Assembly: GCA_963709405.1 (NCBI GenBank)
Contig: CAVPXM010000073.1
Coordinates: 32,001 to 96,000, forward strand
Direction: 5' to 3'
Length of the DNA: 64,000 bases
From: an uncultured Nitrososphaerales archaeon
Lineage (GTDB): Archaea; Thermoproteota; Nitrososphaeria; Nitrososphaerales; Nitrososphaeraceae
Part shown: positions 44,618-56,938 of the stretch, piece after piece
How the letters are laid out: every line of letters begins with the position of its first letter
Position numbering within the stretch: position 1 is the stretch's first letter
The notes under the pieces: generated by a model
What the model was told of the DNA's origin: nothing
Databases searched by the model: none
What the model saw: the letters and a program-made list of their open reading frames with translations, nothing else
Translations under genes and position numbers: made by a program

Positions 44618-44809
44618 TTAAGTTTGCTTGATTAATTTTCGATATTTTTCTTCATTTTTCTTGGCATCTTCTTCGAAGTCTTGTGCGGTCATTCCATGTG
44701 TTTCCATAGCATGTTTTTTAGCGTTTTCAAATAGCTCTTGTTCTGTGTTACCCGTAATGGTGTGAGAACAATTTAGATCACCAGCTTCTTTACAATTTAT
44801 TGATAACAT
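44618..44809 (-). CDS. DUF1059-family small metal-binding protein
   Basis: INCKEAGDLNC...TEQELFENAKKHAMETHG; start likely ATG 44809. Confidence 0.8.
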   Translation of the reverse strand: MLSINCKEAGDLNCSHTITGNTEQELFENAKKHAMETHGMTAQDFEEDAKKNEEKYRKLIKQT

Positions 44810-45669
44810 TAGGTTCAGATTCAAAAATAGAGTCGTTGTATATAAAGACAGCTTTCTTTCATCACCCTGCGTATTATATTGCCTATTTCTCTGTTTTGAT
44901 ATTTTCATATTTATGAACTAGCTGGGGGTTGAATATAGTCAGGAAATAATTAGAGATATAGTAGCTTTAGGGTACATACTAGACCAGTATTCAATTTTTT
45001 CCACCCTGCTTATAAGAAAGTCGTAATACATAGGGAACTCTAGATAGATAGAAAGTTATGTAATACTAAGATCATACTGAGTAAGAAGCTATCAGAGTTT
45101 ATTTTTAGTCGACATTTAAGGAATGTTTTAATTATTGATTTACGCTTGTTAGGCTACCTAATTTAAAATGACAAGTAAATTTAGTAACTTAACAATCATT
45201 ATGAATTATAGCATTTGTAGTACATTCTACGAATGTATCGATTTATTTTACTGCGTTACCAAGATTGGAATAACATAGTTAACCTATTCTTATATCTCAA
45301 GTCGGCATTAATAACATGTGAGGTGAAATCTTGAAAATATGCAGGTCAATATTATTAATAAACTAAAACACGACAAAGTAACATTTGGGTTGGCGGCAAT
45401 GCTAGTGGTTGTAGTAGGCATTTTAGCATACATAGTCTTAAGTTTATAGGAATCGGCAATTCGTCCAGATTCATAACTAACTTCTTTTTAGCGCATAAAA
45501 TATAATTAACATTATTCTTATTCATTCAATCATTTAGTATAACAAGTCGAACCACAATGTGATATATGTTGTAAGATATGCTCTTAACCAGCAGAGATGG
45601 AATACTAATAATCTACTATCAAAGATACAATATGAAAAGGGATTATTAATAGAAAATCACGGTTCGAAT

Positions 45670-46284
45670 GGCTCTGTTCATTTAACGGATAGACCTATAG
45701 CTGAAAACTTCCTACATTCTGATGATGGCTATATGCAAAGAAAGAAGTAGGACTTCATCAAAGTATGTATATTACGCATTACAGCTGTACTTCTCAGGCC
45801 TATCACTTCGAAAAACATCACAAAGGCTATCTCAATTTATCAAAAGAAACCATGTTTCTATTTGGAACTGGATCCAGCGATACAAGCCAAGGAAAATATT
45901 GCAAACGAGATGCAATACTGATAGGACAATCCTTGGTATTCGTATCTCCATTGAAAGGAACATGCTTGTGGCTGAACAGTTTATACAATCTTTGATTAGA
46001 AGATATGGAAAGCACGATATTTCAACAGATGGTAGCACATGGTATCCACAAGCATGTAGATTCCTGAATGTTGAACATCATAATCATTCCTCGATTGAAA
46101 AAAGCTTCATAGAAAGGACAATACAGTACATAATAAAAGATAGAACCAAATGTTTTGATGATTATTTCCCTTGTAGGAAAGATAATAATGATTGTAAGCT
46201 AAAGCATGTCATGAATTGGTTGGGCTTATTTGTAGATATGCACAATAGAGAGATTATGGAAAAGAATGTTAAGTGAACAGAGCC
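45670..46284 (+). mobile_element. IS6-family element, internally deleted
   Basis: IRs GGCTCTGTTCATTTAAC / GTTAAGTGAACAGAGCC; 8-bp TSD GTTCGAAT; lacks the IDET...WLWVAI segment present in the 21568 copy. Confidence 0.92.
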
Positions 46285-46551
46285 GTTCGAATAGTGAGAA
46301 CTGTTTTATCTTGGCTGATGACTAACGGAATTTGACCAAGACACGAAGGTGAAGGTGATAAGTTGATCAAAACCAATGGCTGCTAATCAGACGTTACAGA
46401 CATGATTGATAATTAAAGTTAAAGAACGTACAGTAAATAACGAGGATAATTAAATCAAGTCAATTCTTAACTATGATGAATCAGATTTAATGAAGCATAC
46501 TGATCATCCTAATCATAATAAACCATCAAATATACCTACTGGTAGAATTAT

Positions 46552-46831
46552 ATGAACAGCAAGACGATCGCAATTATAGCAATTGGCAGCAGTAGGTGCT
46601 ATGTTAATTGCTACATCAGCTATGGCATTACTAGATCACGCAGTATATGCAAAAAACTATAGACACCATCATCATCACCACGGTAGTAGCAGTAAGCAAT
46701 CACAGGCTGCGGCACAGGCCAATGTCTGCGGAAATGGATCTTTACCATTGAAAATTTTCTGTCAAGCACTAAGTAATCAAATCCAAGGCGATGGTAACGC
46801 AGTAAACGTAATTGGTGTACAACCATCCTAA
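46552..46831 (+). CDS. Small secreted His-tract protein (probable frameshift in signal peptide)
   Basis: ATG 46552 gives MNSKTIAIIA, then AAVGAMLI...RHHHHHHG...QANVCGNG...C...GNAVNVIG. Confidence 0.6.
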
Positions 46832-46919
46832 AAAGACAAAGAAAAATTACTTCTCAACACAGGTTTTCACTTTTTTTCACTTTTTTGGTTTGAAAATGGA
46901 TGTTCTAGTAATTATAATA

Positions 46920-47130
46920 GTGATATCGACCAAACGCTCTGGCTGTAAATGCCTTAGCTAATAGATCTAATCGAAATGTCTATGCTACCGATGCAATCTT
47001 TGTCCATGAGTCCGTGTACCAATCAAATTTCCACCAGAATCAACAATTGCGACGTTCATGGGTTGTCCCAGTTCAGCTGCTTTTTTCTCGGCAGCCCCAA
47101 TGACCTTGTTGGCGCGTTAAGTGTAATCAT
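46920..47130 (-). pseudogene. GlcG/HbpS-family heme-binding protein remnant
   Basis: Across frames: VIGAAEKKAAELGQPMNVAIVDSGGNL...IGSIDIS...KAFTARAF. Confidence 0.75.
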
Positions 47131-47141
47131 GACAATTTCAT

Positions 47142-47452
47142 CTATTGAGGTAGCTTGGCTGCAAGGACTGTGACATTTTCGATGCTAGGTGGCCGTGCGA
47201 AAAGCTCAGATGCTTTCTCCTTCAGAGCTGCCGCTACGACGGGCCTGTGAGGTGTGCTTGCCTACCTGATTCGTCTGGAAAGGCATCAAAAATCCCAAAT
47301 GTAGATGGCCCTAGACGAATTGCAAACCATGCGATCGTTGAGGGTTCTTCTTGAACAATTGAAAGGCCTCCTTGGAGAAAGGTTTCCACTTCAGACTCTT
47401 TTCCTGGCTTTGCCTCTAGTCGAACAAACAGTGCGACGTTGACATTAGCCAT
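47142..47452 (-). CDS. Antibiotic-biosynthesis-monooxygenase (ABM) domain protein, one frameshift
   Basis: LFVRLEAKPGKE...FGIFDAFPDESGRQAHL, continuing VAAALKEKASELFARPPSIE..VLAAKLPQ*. Confidence 0.8.
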
Positions 47453-47664
47453 AATAATGCTGTCTCCTTTCGAGATTGATGTGCATTATAAAACATTTAT
47501 ACATCATGAAATTTGGCAACACGGATTATTTAAGAATTTTATTTTGGTCCAATTATAGTTACAATCATATTTACAATATCTATCAATGTCTTGATAATCT
47601 CTGCGTTTCCAAACAAACATGTACATTCTTACAGATTGGCCTTCAAGTTCAGCAACTAATCTAA

Positions 47665-48037
47665 TCAACTAGTTTGATATCTAGGACTGTGCGTCTTATC
47701 TCTAGAAATAGTAATGGATTTAGAATAATTATCGTCTGAAGAATCAACTGCTACTCTTTCCGAGCGCCTACACAGCATTTTATAAGAATCTAAAACATCT
47801 ATTTCAATTACTCCTGGTAGATGTTGTATATTAGGCACGTAATTATTTAGTGTGTATAGATTTTGCATTCTAACTTCTATTTTGATGTCTTGTACTTTTC
47901 AAATCTTCAGAATCTGATTTATTTATAACCTCTACCGAACTTGCGAATTTCTGTTGCTGATCTTCCAACGGATATTTTCCCGATCGGATCGAGCCTTCGA
48001 TCATTTTACATAATTCTGAAATCTTCAAAGCTTTCAT
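47665..48037 (-). pseudogene. Hypothetical protein, frameshifted
   Basis: ATG 48037 gives MKALKISELCKMIE..., continuing in ORF 47665-47868. Confidence 0.5.
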
Positions 48038-48150
48038 AGTGGTTTGTCGTTACTTTTATTTATACCAATCATTTTTAAGATTATATCTGATTAGTCAAAA
48101 TTTCCTTCTCTGATGTACATCCTCTAGACCCTCATCCAGAGACTGGATAG

Positions 48151-48714
48151 TTATTCTACATTCTTTTTCATCCAGTCTCTGTCATCCAAATATTCTATTA
48201 ATTTCATCATTTGTTCAATTCTTGCTTTTCCACCGGCTCGATCTCTACAAATCGAATAATGCTTTATCAAAACTTCATCTTCTTTAGTTGAGATGCTGCC
48301 TTTATTTTCAATTAAATCAAAGAATTTGTCTTCTTTTCCGGTATGGTCAGTTACAAAGACTGCGTATGATTTTAAGAATCTCGCAACTGGTTCTCTTGAA
48401 TCTATTCCTGTTCTCCATACTTTTAACTCCCTTAGAAGCATTTGTGCAATTCTTCTTCCTAGCTCATGTTCAATGAGAAACTTGCGAATATCTTCTTCAA
48501 ATCCGTTTTTATCTTTAGTTTGCGGAAAATATGCCTGTTCCTCCTTCCCATGATGAAATCTATCTACGAATTCTTCAATAATTACAGAAATAATTTCAAT
48601 ATCTTCAAGTGGAATATTCTCATTAGCATATAACTTATCAGAGCATCTTTGAGCAATGTTGCGAACTCTTCGTATTATTAAATGATCTTGCTTGAGGTCG
48701 TTAGTTGCATTCAA
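48151..48714 (-). CDS. Hemerythrin-like (HHE) domain protein
   Basis: DH..., HHGKEEQAYFP, EHELGR, DHTGKED. Confidence 0.88.
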   Translation of the reverse strand: MNATNDLKQDHLIIRRVRNIAQRCSDKLYANENIPLEDIEIISVIIEEFVDRFHHGKEEQAYFPQTKDKNGFEEDIRKFLIEHELGRRIAQMLLRELKVWRTGIDSREPVARFLKSYAVFVTDHTGKEDKFFDLIENKGSISTKEDEVLIKHYSICRDRAGGKARIEQMMKLIEYLDDRDWMKKNVE

Positions 48715-48736
48715 CTTATTCTGTAATATGCTGGAT

Positions 48737-49024
48737 TCATGCTTTATTAAGTATTAGCCGCGCTGATTTCCTACCCACATCGAATAACTTCTCTTCATTG
48801 CTTTTACCATTTGGATCAGTTACTATGAAACGAATTTTCTTTACTTTCTGATCATTGTATGTTTTTTCTACTTCGATAATCCCTTTTTGAGGAAGGAATT
48901 GTAATATGCTCTTGCCTCCTACACCTATGCTTACATACTGACTGCTTGCATTCAATATTTTCTCGATTTCATTTATGTTATTATTCGCTATTGATACTTG
49001 ATTTTGTTCATTTGTTATTGACAT
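48737..49024 (-). CDS. Hypothetical element protein (possibly ssDNA-binding-like, may be truncated)
   Basis: 95-aa beta-rich ORF downstream of the helicase. Confidence 0.45.
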   Translation of the reverse strand: MSITNEQNQVSIANNNINEIEKILNASSQYVSIGVGGKSILQFLPQKGIIEVEKTYNDQKVKKIRFIVTDPNGKSNEEKLFDVGRKSARLILNKA

Positions 49025-49302
49025 TTCTTTTGATTCACCTCCTGATTCTATGTTTTAAGCAAATTAGCCCATTATCCAGTAAGTGAATAATAGTTTACGG
49101 CCATGCCACGCGAAGGCTTTGCTATGTGGTCATCTTATAAAGTCTATCCATTAGGCCTAGACCTATTTTGAAATTCCTCCGATTCGGGATAGTTTAGTTT
49201 GCCAGGACGTTCGCTTTCTCTATGGCTTATGCGTTCTAAGTCACTGGTGAAGCATTCAGAACAGTAATAGAGCCAAATCTAATGCTAGAAAGAAGATTGT
49301 CT

Positions 49303-49404
49303 TAGGTGGTCTAGGTTGATCTCTTATTAATATGATATTCCATCATTATTCTCTGCAAATTTTCCTTAGGGACATTAATAATAGGAAGTAACCTAGACCA
49401 CCTA
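49303..49404. repeat. Perfect 15-bp inverted repeat, candidate replication origin
   Basis: TAGGTGGTCTAGGTT (49303-49317) / AACCTAGACCACCTA (49390-49404). Confidence 0.65.
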
Positions 49405-49429
49405 GGCCAGTGATTGTCATAGAACATTC

Positions 49430-51130
49430 TCCCTTGATTTTACTCCAAGATAGCAATACTCCCTGTCTGCCTTGTTTAGCCTTAGCCGTTCTTTCTTTAT
49501 GCCTAGTTGTCCCAATTCCATTCCAAAAATATTATCGTTTTTCGAGGTAAGGTTGTTGACTTTGCAGACCAAGATAAACTCCCCATAGATCACGGCAGAT
49601 TATGTAGTCTTCTCTGTTGTTCGTTACATCGCACTTCTCTCTTAGGAACTCTCTCTACTGTGCTCGCATTAAGATTATACTCCCTTTCGATGGTCGCAAT
49701 GTCGTCTGCGTGCACAAATTGGTTATCTTTGATAAGTTGCCGAAGCGCGATTAATGCCAGATTTAGAAGACCAGACAATTCTTCCGGTGTGGTTAATTTG
49801 TATACCAATTCCGTATCGTTGTCGTCGCCTTCATAAACCTTCTCGAAAAAGAGGATAATCCATCTCCGGAAATAAGCATAAGTTCGATCCTCCGACTGCG
49901 GAATCTCATTAGCACTGAAGATTAACTTAGCATAGTTTTGAAACTCAAAAGGGTTTTGGAATTTCTTTTGCGCTCTAATATAATCGCCAGAGACGAGCAT
50001 TTTGAAATTGCCAGTGCTAACTAATTTATCCGACTTCAAATCGGCGAACGTGTTGGCCAGTTTCCCATAAAGGCCGGCGCTCGCAAACCTGTCGCCGGCC
50101 AAATCCTGAAGACTAATGTGGCTGATATTTTTGGAGCCAAGTAAATGATCTATTATCCTTAAAAATGTGGATTTGCCGTTAGAACCTTTGCCAATACACA
50201 ACACCGCTTTTTCAAATTTTGAGTCTTATAGAGGCAGTATCCTATTAATTCGAGTGCTGTAAAGACGTCTCTTTGGTTTTAATACTTGTCCCAAGAATCT
50301 GAGATCCTGGCACATTTCGCATTCGGGTTGAATTTTACAGGTAATTGCGTAATGGAGTATTGATCGGGCGAGTGGTGTGTTAATGTCATAGTATGTATAT
50401 TCAACAGGCCGTTTTGCAGATTTAGAATCTCAGGATTGGAATCAAATATTGATCGGTCAATGAATGTTCTTCGCTTTATATGGTTGATAACCTCTTGGAC
50501 ATCGTTAGTCTTAATCTTCGGTTGTATTTGTTGACATTCGGATTTGATTCGCCATTCTTGGCCTGACAAATAGAGACCGTTACCATCATACCAAAACAAT
50601 TCCTCATTGTCGGTAGTAGTTCTGAAGATATTTCCACTAGTTATCTTTTTAGCGAGTTGTTGAATTGGCGAGGCATCTTCTGGCTCTGCTGTATCTAGAC
50701 AATTAACAAGATCATTGACGTGTTCGGCGATTACTGAACCGTCGCCCTTCCAATTGCCGTCGCCTTCTAAAAGTGACCATCTTAAAGGTTCATTCTGAAG
50801 ATACTCATAATAGACTTGTGCCGCCGGGACTTGATTATTTTATAAACTGCCGTGGTTACAACATCGTTGATTGACTGTGAATCAGTGCATAAATTAATGA
50901 TCTGTTCCCTTAACTCTGCACTAAAATTTTGAATATATAGTATAACTACATCAGTAAATTCTGAGGGATGATTTACCATCGTCCGTCTTGTAGCATATTT
51001 GAGCCTGGACGTAATATTTTCTCTCATGAGCAGTTTCATCGTAGCGACACATTTCCAAATACAATCTATCGGCATTAGCAGATGATGTCCACCACTCTTC
51101 CAATCAGTATACTCACCCCTTACTCAGATA
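49430..51130 (-). pseudogene. P4/D5-like SF3 helicase (phage/plasmid primase family), several frameshifts
   Basis: LNLQNGLL (D5_N), Walker A GKGSNGKST, AKLIFSANEIP, YFRRW. Confidence 0.85.
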
Positions 51131-51326
51131 GGTAACTGTTGTGCGTTTCAGATTTATTTATCATGATTTATTTTGCCTACTTCAACTGCAGTTGCTTTAC
51201 CCGCTTCGCGATCCGCTTCGGGAGCAATCTGAAGAATGGAATGCTTGCAATTACTCTCTTCCAGATGTTCCCTAATGACTCTTAAAATGATCTTAGAAAA
51301 ATTTAACTCTATGGAGGGCAGATTAT

Positions 51327-51497
51327 TCAGGAGTCTTTTGCATCTCCGTTTGCTGACTTGGCGCTATGACTTGATTCGGCTTGTTCAAGGAGGTTAGTTA
51401 TAACGGAATCAAATGAGTCCGTTACTATACCTTGATTTCGTAGCCGATCGTAATTGCGTTTTGAAATTACGATTAAACACCTTTCCTTTTGTGTCAT
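51327..51497 (-). CDS. 56-aa RHH/antitoxin-like DNA-binding protein
   Basis: MTQKERCLIVISKRNYDRLRNQGIVTDSFDSVITNLLEQAES...; conserved in copy 2. Confidence 0.7.
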   Translation of the reverse strand: MTQKERCLIVISKRNYDRLRNQGIVTDSFDSVITNLLEQAESSHSAKSANGDAKDS

Positions 51498-51575
51498 TTA
51501 TTAATTGAGTTTATTAAGCCGACGTTCATACTATTTAACAAATCGGGTGGTAAAGCATTTCGTATAGAACTAACT

Positions 51576-51805
51576 ATGAGAACCGTTTAGCTTGGTGGAG
51601 CACATGGAAAACAATCATCGAAAGGAATGGACCTCTAGGTATCGGTTTCAATGAAATACAGCGAATGATAGGTTGTTCTAGCAAGACTGAAGCCAAGTAT
51701 CTTAGATACTTTCTTCAATGGAATTACATAGAACGTGATTCTAAAGGTAGGTATCACCTAACCCAAAAAGCCATGGACGACTCGGATGATTTTTTTATCA
51801 TTTGA
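51576..51805 (+). pseudogene. Small winged-helix regulator remnant
   Basis: GFNEIQRMIGCSSKTEAKYLRYFLQWNYIERDSKGRYHLTQKA. Confidence 0.5.
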
Positions 51806-52163
51806 GATAGCCGAATTTACAGCCATGTGGTGAGCAGAGCAAAGATTCAACCAAGAATGACAAATCACCTAATCCTAAGAAAAAAGTAACCTAGATAGTC
51901 GTGTTATTGTGCTTATGTTTTGCTAGATGAGCAGATATAATAAAAGGTTACAATTTAGCTCGTAATAAGAAATACGTCATAATTAAACAAAGGTATAAGA
52001 TGAATGTGAAGCCATTTTTGTATGTCTGCTTTTTTCTCTCCTTTCTTAGAGAAGTCCTCAGAATCAAGTAGATCCCCCTTGCCACTGCCAGAAAATGACT
52101 TAAAGAGTTGTAGACAGTAATTGTTTTATAGAGAGATAATCTCGTTGGAGCACCATCATTTTG

Positions 52164-53292
52164 TTATTTTTGTTGATATGTATTTGATGCCTTTGTCTTT
52201 ACGGCTACAAGTTCTCTAATGGCATCCATTTCCTTTTGTAGAGCTTCAATCTGACTTTTTTCTACTTGAAGAGTCTCAATCTGCCGTCTTAACTGTTCAT
52301 TTTCCTCATCTGTAGCATTTATTGTCAAATAGGGAATTACACCACTATAGCCTACACTCTTATCGTTGCCCTCCAATAGTTCAGTGTCAGTAGGCTTAAA
52401 ATACGATTTTATCAAACCTGATTTATGACCCATGAGGTATTCGCAATATAAAGGGTTCATGTTGTGATTTATACACTGAGTATCAAAGAATTTGCGAAAG
52501 CCGTGACACTGCATCAGGCTAGTTTTGTTATGGTTTTGAGTAGGTGGCCTTAGACCAGTTTTGTCTAATAGGATGCTCATTATACGGCTTATCGAATTTG
52601 ATTCTAATGGTCTGGGTTTTGAGATTCGCATCAAACTGGTAGTATTAAATTCTCTGCGAAAGAGGATAGATTCGGGTTGCAGTTTTTCACCTAATCTTTC
52701 CCTCCATGCCAGGTATTGATCGATTAGCCTAGCGCATTCTGGCTGGATATGTCGTATACTGTTCCCGGTCTCTCTTGTAGACTATGATTTTGTATAGACC
52801 GTATTTTTCTATCTTTTGCAAATCTTTTAGTCTTAGGTTGGGTAGTGCTCCCCTTCTCAAACCAGCTGAAGCCATCATTAAAATCATGCAACGGTCTCGC
52901 AGTGTGGTATTATCTATCAGCTTCTTAATCTGCTGTCTTGTATAGGGAACATCTTCAACAACACTTCGCAACTTACCTTTGAACTTTTTTAGTTTTTTCC
53001 AATTTATTGTGATATCATTCATTTCGTAAAAGTGGGCAATTGCTGAGAAGTAGGCTGCTATAGATGCAGGTGCAAGTTTTCTGTCTTCTCGTAGGTGGAT
53101 AAAGTAGTCTCGTATCAGTCCTTCTAGTTTTTTGATAGGTTGAATTTGGAGCATTGCCTCGTATGAGTCTACTTTGCAAAAGCGCATAAACTGAGGGAAC
53201 GAGCGCCTGTAACTACGGCGTGAGTATTCGCTATCTAAACTGTTGATAAAATTCTTGTAGGCATCAGATGTCTCTGCGGTTATTGTCTGCAT
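52164..53292 (-). CDS. Tyrosine recombinase/integrase (frameshift near 52745)
   Basis: ASAGLRRGAL, YK, CHGFRKFF, LMGH...SYF. Confidence 0.9.
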
Positions 53293-53722
53293 AGCAGTCG
53301 TTACTAACTAATATCTAATATTTAATCGTATGATATGGTGTTACTAATTTATGTTAGCAGTATTAGTCTATTATATATAACCTCAAGATTCAAAATAATT
53401 TGTTATCTTACTTTGAATTTGCGTACTATTGGTAAAGGATTTGATTTAACTTGCTTCGTCAGATCAAATTTATTCCAGTGATTGGATTTTTTTTTGGGTC
53501 CTATAGTTGACAGGAGCAAACTTACTTAATTCAGAAGCATTTGATTTTTTAATTGAGGCGCGCATAAAGAAGGCCATTCTATGAAGTTTATTTTTCAACT
53601 TTTTATACTAATATGTAGAATCGAAAACTGAAATGTCCTATAAAAATATCTAGAAAATCCCTACAGGAGTTCTAAATCATTTCTGTACAAATCATCTAAT
53701 GAAAAGGTACTCTCGATACTTA

Positions 53723-54694
53723 GAGCCTATCCCAAAATTCGATACGATTATAGCTCGATGTTGCTTTTGCTAAAGTATGGCCTGTATCCAGAAGAAGAAT
53801 GAGAAAGAGGATGATAAAAAGGATAATCGCACCATCATAACCATTCCAGATGAATTGTGGGATGAGATTAAAGTAATTTTACCCAGAGAGAAACCACTCA
53901 AAACAGTGGGTCGGCCAATTGTACCATACAGAAGGGTACTTGATGGAGTTTTATACATCCTTAGAACTGGGTGCCAATGGAAGATGCTACCCAAAGAGTA
54001 TGGATCGGGTTCCACATGCCATAGAAGGTTTCAGGAATGGAATAAACTGGATGTTTTCAAAAAGACATGGGTTCGATTACTGAAAATATATGATCGAATC
54101 ATTGGTATCAACTGGACATGGCAATCAATCGATAGTATATCCATAAAATCGCCTTTAGGGGGGCGATGACCGGAAATAATCCCACGGACAGGAGCAAACT
54201 GGGCACAAAAAGACACATTTTAACAGACAAAGAAGGTATACCGCTTTCGGCGGTCATTTCATCTGCTAATACCCATGACATTAAACTGGTAATAGATATG
54301 GTTGATAATTCAGTTATTAAAAAGCCGTCATCATCATCCAAACCGAAATCAAGAAGAAAGGGAAGAAGGAGAAGGTTACAACATCTATGTCTTGACAAAG
54401 CATATAATTCCACACAAGAAGAACAGGAACTAATCAGGCGGGGATATGTACTGCACATTAGTCCCAAAAGAAAGAAGGGTGAAAAAGAGGAGGAGGTCAA
54501 GACGGAAACGCAACCTTCCTTAAACCGGAAAAAACATTCTGCAAAAAGATGGGTTGTGGAAAGGACAAACTCATGGCACAACAGGTTCAGAAAACTGTTC
54601 ACACGGTATGAAAAGAAGGCAGAGAACTACCTTGGACTGGTACAGTTCTCCTGTTTTATGATCATCTGTAGAAAGATAATTTTGGGATAGGTTC
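53723..54694 (+). mobile_element. IS5-family element with two overlapping ORFs (53777-54169, 54166-54690)
   Basis: IRs GAGCCTATCCCAAAATT / AATTTTGGGATAGGTTC; TTA on both flanks; RTGCQWKMLP, LDKAY, RWVVERTNSW. Confidence 0.95.
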
Positions 54695-55334
54695 TTAATT
54701 GTATGTAAGTTGACTAGATATTATAAGATCGGAGAGAATACTATTAGTAAAGCATTTAAATTTCCAAACATATTATTGTGTGGGATTACTAATGTAATTT
54801 TCTTATCTTCAGCTTAATGGTCTGTTCTGATTCGCGGTAAACAAAGCATGAATAATGATTTTGTGTTTGGGGTAATGATGATGATAGTAAAAATGATGAG
54901 AATAGACCGTTCTAATTCGAATTCATTCAGTTAATGGACAGGTCAAAACAATTCGTCCCTTCAATAATAACACGTTAGGCATTCAGATTTGTGTTATCTT
55001 ATCGAAATATAAGCTAACTGGGGTTTGCATATTCAATTTCTTGCCTATATTACCCTCTCTTAGTTACATACGCAGGTTACATGTACCACTGAAAGCTTTA
55101 TACTGTATCCAGCTCTAATCTGTAGTACATCAAGATCTCATATTTTAATTCTAATTTGCATCTTCAGTAGATCATGCATGTCTTAAGATTCACAAAAATT
55201 TACAAGAACTAAAAAAATAATGGACCTTTTCATCCTTTTATTATTATACAAACAATCTGATCCGGATGGAGTGAACATCTCAAGATATTATAAATGACCA
55301 AATAGCAATTCATAGACAGCTAGACTTCTAGTGC

Positions 55335-55526
55335 TCAACGCAGGGGACGAAACTGGTAATCTCTTAGTTTGACTATATGTTGTTGAGATAACAATCCATT
55401 AGCAAATACCAATGCTCCACAGGTATTGTACCTTAGCATTATATGACCAGTCTTGGTGGGTTTCAGAGAAGCCATAGAATTGCAAAATAGGCAGTAGACT
55501 ATGCGTTCCCATGAATTCAGAGTCAA
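55335..55526 (-). CDS. Small Zn-ribbon-like protein
   Basis: CLFC...YNTCG (first Cys of the second pair lost). Confidence 0.4.
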   Translation of the reverse strand: MTLNSWERIVYCLFCNSMASLKPTKTGHIMLRYNTCGALVFANGLLSQQHIVKLRDYQFRPLR

Positions 55527-56009
55527 ATAACCAGTATATATTACGCTTGATGACTATATATATAGAGCGGATGTAACAAACCTCTTCTCATCAGATGAGA
55601 ATTAGTTCCTATTTTGAAGATATGAATAATGGTCTATAGCTACTTACACGAAGGAAGTACTCATCGGTTATCACCAATAATAACTGATTCTACCTAATTA
55701 TAACTACTCAGTACGCATACGGCTTCTCATATCACTAGAAAAAGTATGCGTCACCAAAGATGGAGAATGATCCTAAAATAATTACAGCCGCCCAACTAAT
55801 AGCGGAAGGATAAGTCTCATGTACTATTTATTTCTAATAACATACTGATCAGCTACCGTTGACTGAGTATGATTATAGGGGGAAGATGATCTCTTCTTCT
55901 AGCCTGATTTGGTCATTATTGCTCAAAGATACAGCTTTACCATTCACCTGAAAATGATATGCGATCAAAATAGGCAAACCAAACAGTATGGGACATTACT
56001 AAAAAATAT

Positions 56010-56938
56010 GGTAATACCTAAGAAGTTGGAACAGTTCTTACCATTATTTTAGCTAGTAACCGGAAGATATTCTCGTTCCTATGGTTGAATCTAAATTCTA
56101 TTTCTTTAAGGTACAGGTAAAAGTACTGTTTGGGTACTCCTCGATAATGATACAACCAGGTCTTTGCATAACTCCAGAATCCTTCAATACCATTGATATG
56201 ACTAGTATCTTCACGTACATATTCTTCCATTCGATGAGCAATTATCTGATGTTTTCCGATTAGATCTAATGAAGCATATGCAGTATGGTCATCGGTATAA
56301 TACAAGGAACCCTTCTTAGTATGGAGTTTAATTAATGGAATTAATGTATCATGTATTCTGTCAGATACAGGAAATGTGATGACCTTCCCATTTCTTTGAT
56401 ATATTCCAAATACCAGGCTTTTACCTTCTGCACCCCATCCGCGTTTTCCTTTCCTATGTCCACCAAATAATGCTTCGTCTATTTCTATTTCTCCTGACAG
56501 CTTCTTCAGCTCCTTTAATTTCTGAAGTGATTCATTGTAGATTGATTGTCTGAATACTCTGAATGTTCTCTCTATTGTGGCCAAGCTAAGTGGAACATAA
56601 AATCGGATTCTGTACGCTGGTACTCCAAGAGCATAGAGATAGAGGAGGTGCACTAGTATATCAAGTGGGAAATAAAACTCTCCAAGATAAGTTCCTGTCA
56701 ACTCTCCAAATTTGTATCTGCAACGTTTGCATCCAAACCTCTTATCTTTAAGATGGTACAACAATCGATATCCACATCTTGGACATCGTCTCCTTCCTTT
56801 CCATCTAGCATGACGAAAATATACGCGGCTTTTTGTCACACTTCCAGCAAGTTCTATAGGACTAGATTCACGCACGCATCACGAATAGGGCACTAGAAAT
56901 TATCCCTTATTATCTGTTCCAAGTTCTTGGGTATTACC
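56010..56938 (-). mobile_element. IS1595-family element with intact transposase (56018-56875)
   Basis: 25-bp IRs GGTAATACCTAAGAAGTTGGAACAG / CTGTTCCAAGTTCTTGGGTATTACC; 8-bp TSD AAAAATAT; CPRC Zn ribbon, EIDE, YTDD, NGIEGFWS, EFRFN. Confidence 0.96.

Larger units (their letters stand above)
48737..53722 (-). mobile_element. Integrative element (integrase, wHTH, small RHH-like gene, SF3 helicase), copy 1; left limit approximate
   Basis: Gene content, plus right end defined by the start of identity with 61474-64000. Confidence 0.75.

Noticed and set aside
51200-51222. GC-rich CCGCTTCG direct repeat as an iteron
   Set aside because: Only two copies, and it falls in a short open frame (EADREAG); insufficient support.
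53770-54602. Antisense ORFs over IS5, and similar ones at 2076, 3589, 19891, 28784, 36734, 37121, 60790
   Set aside because: Opposite-strand shadows of recognisable genes, with no motifs of their own.
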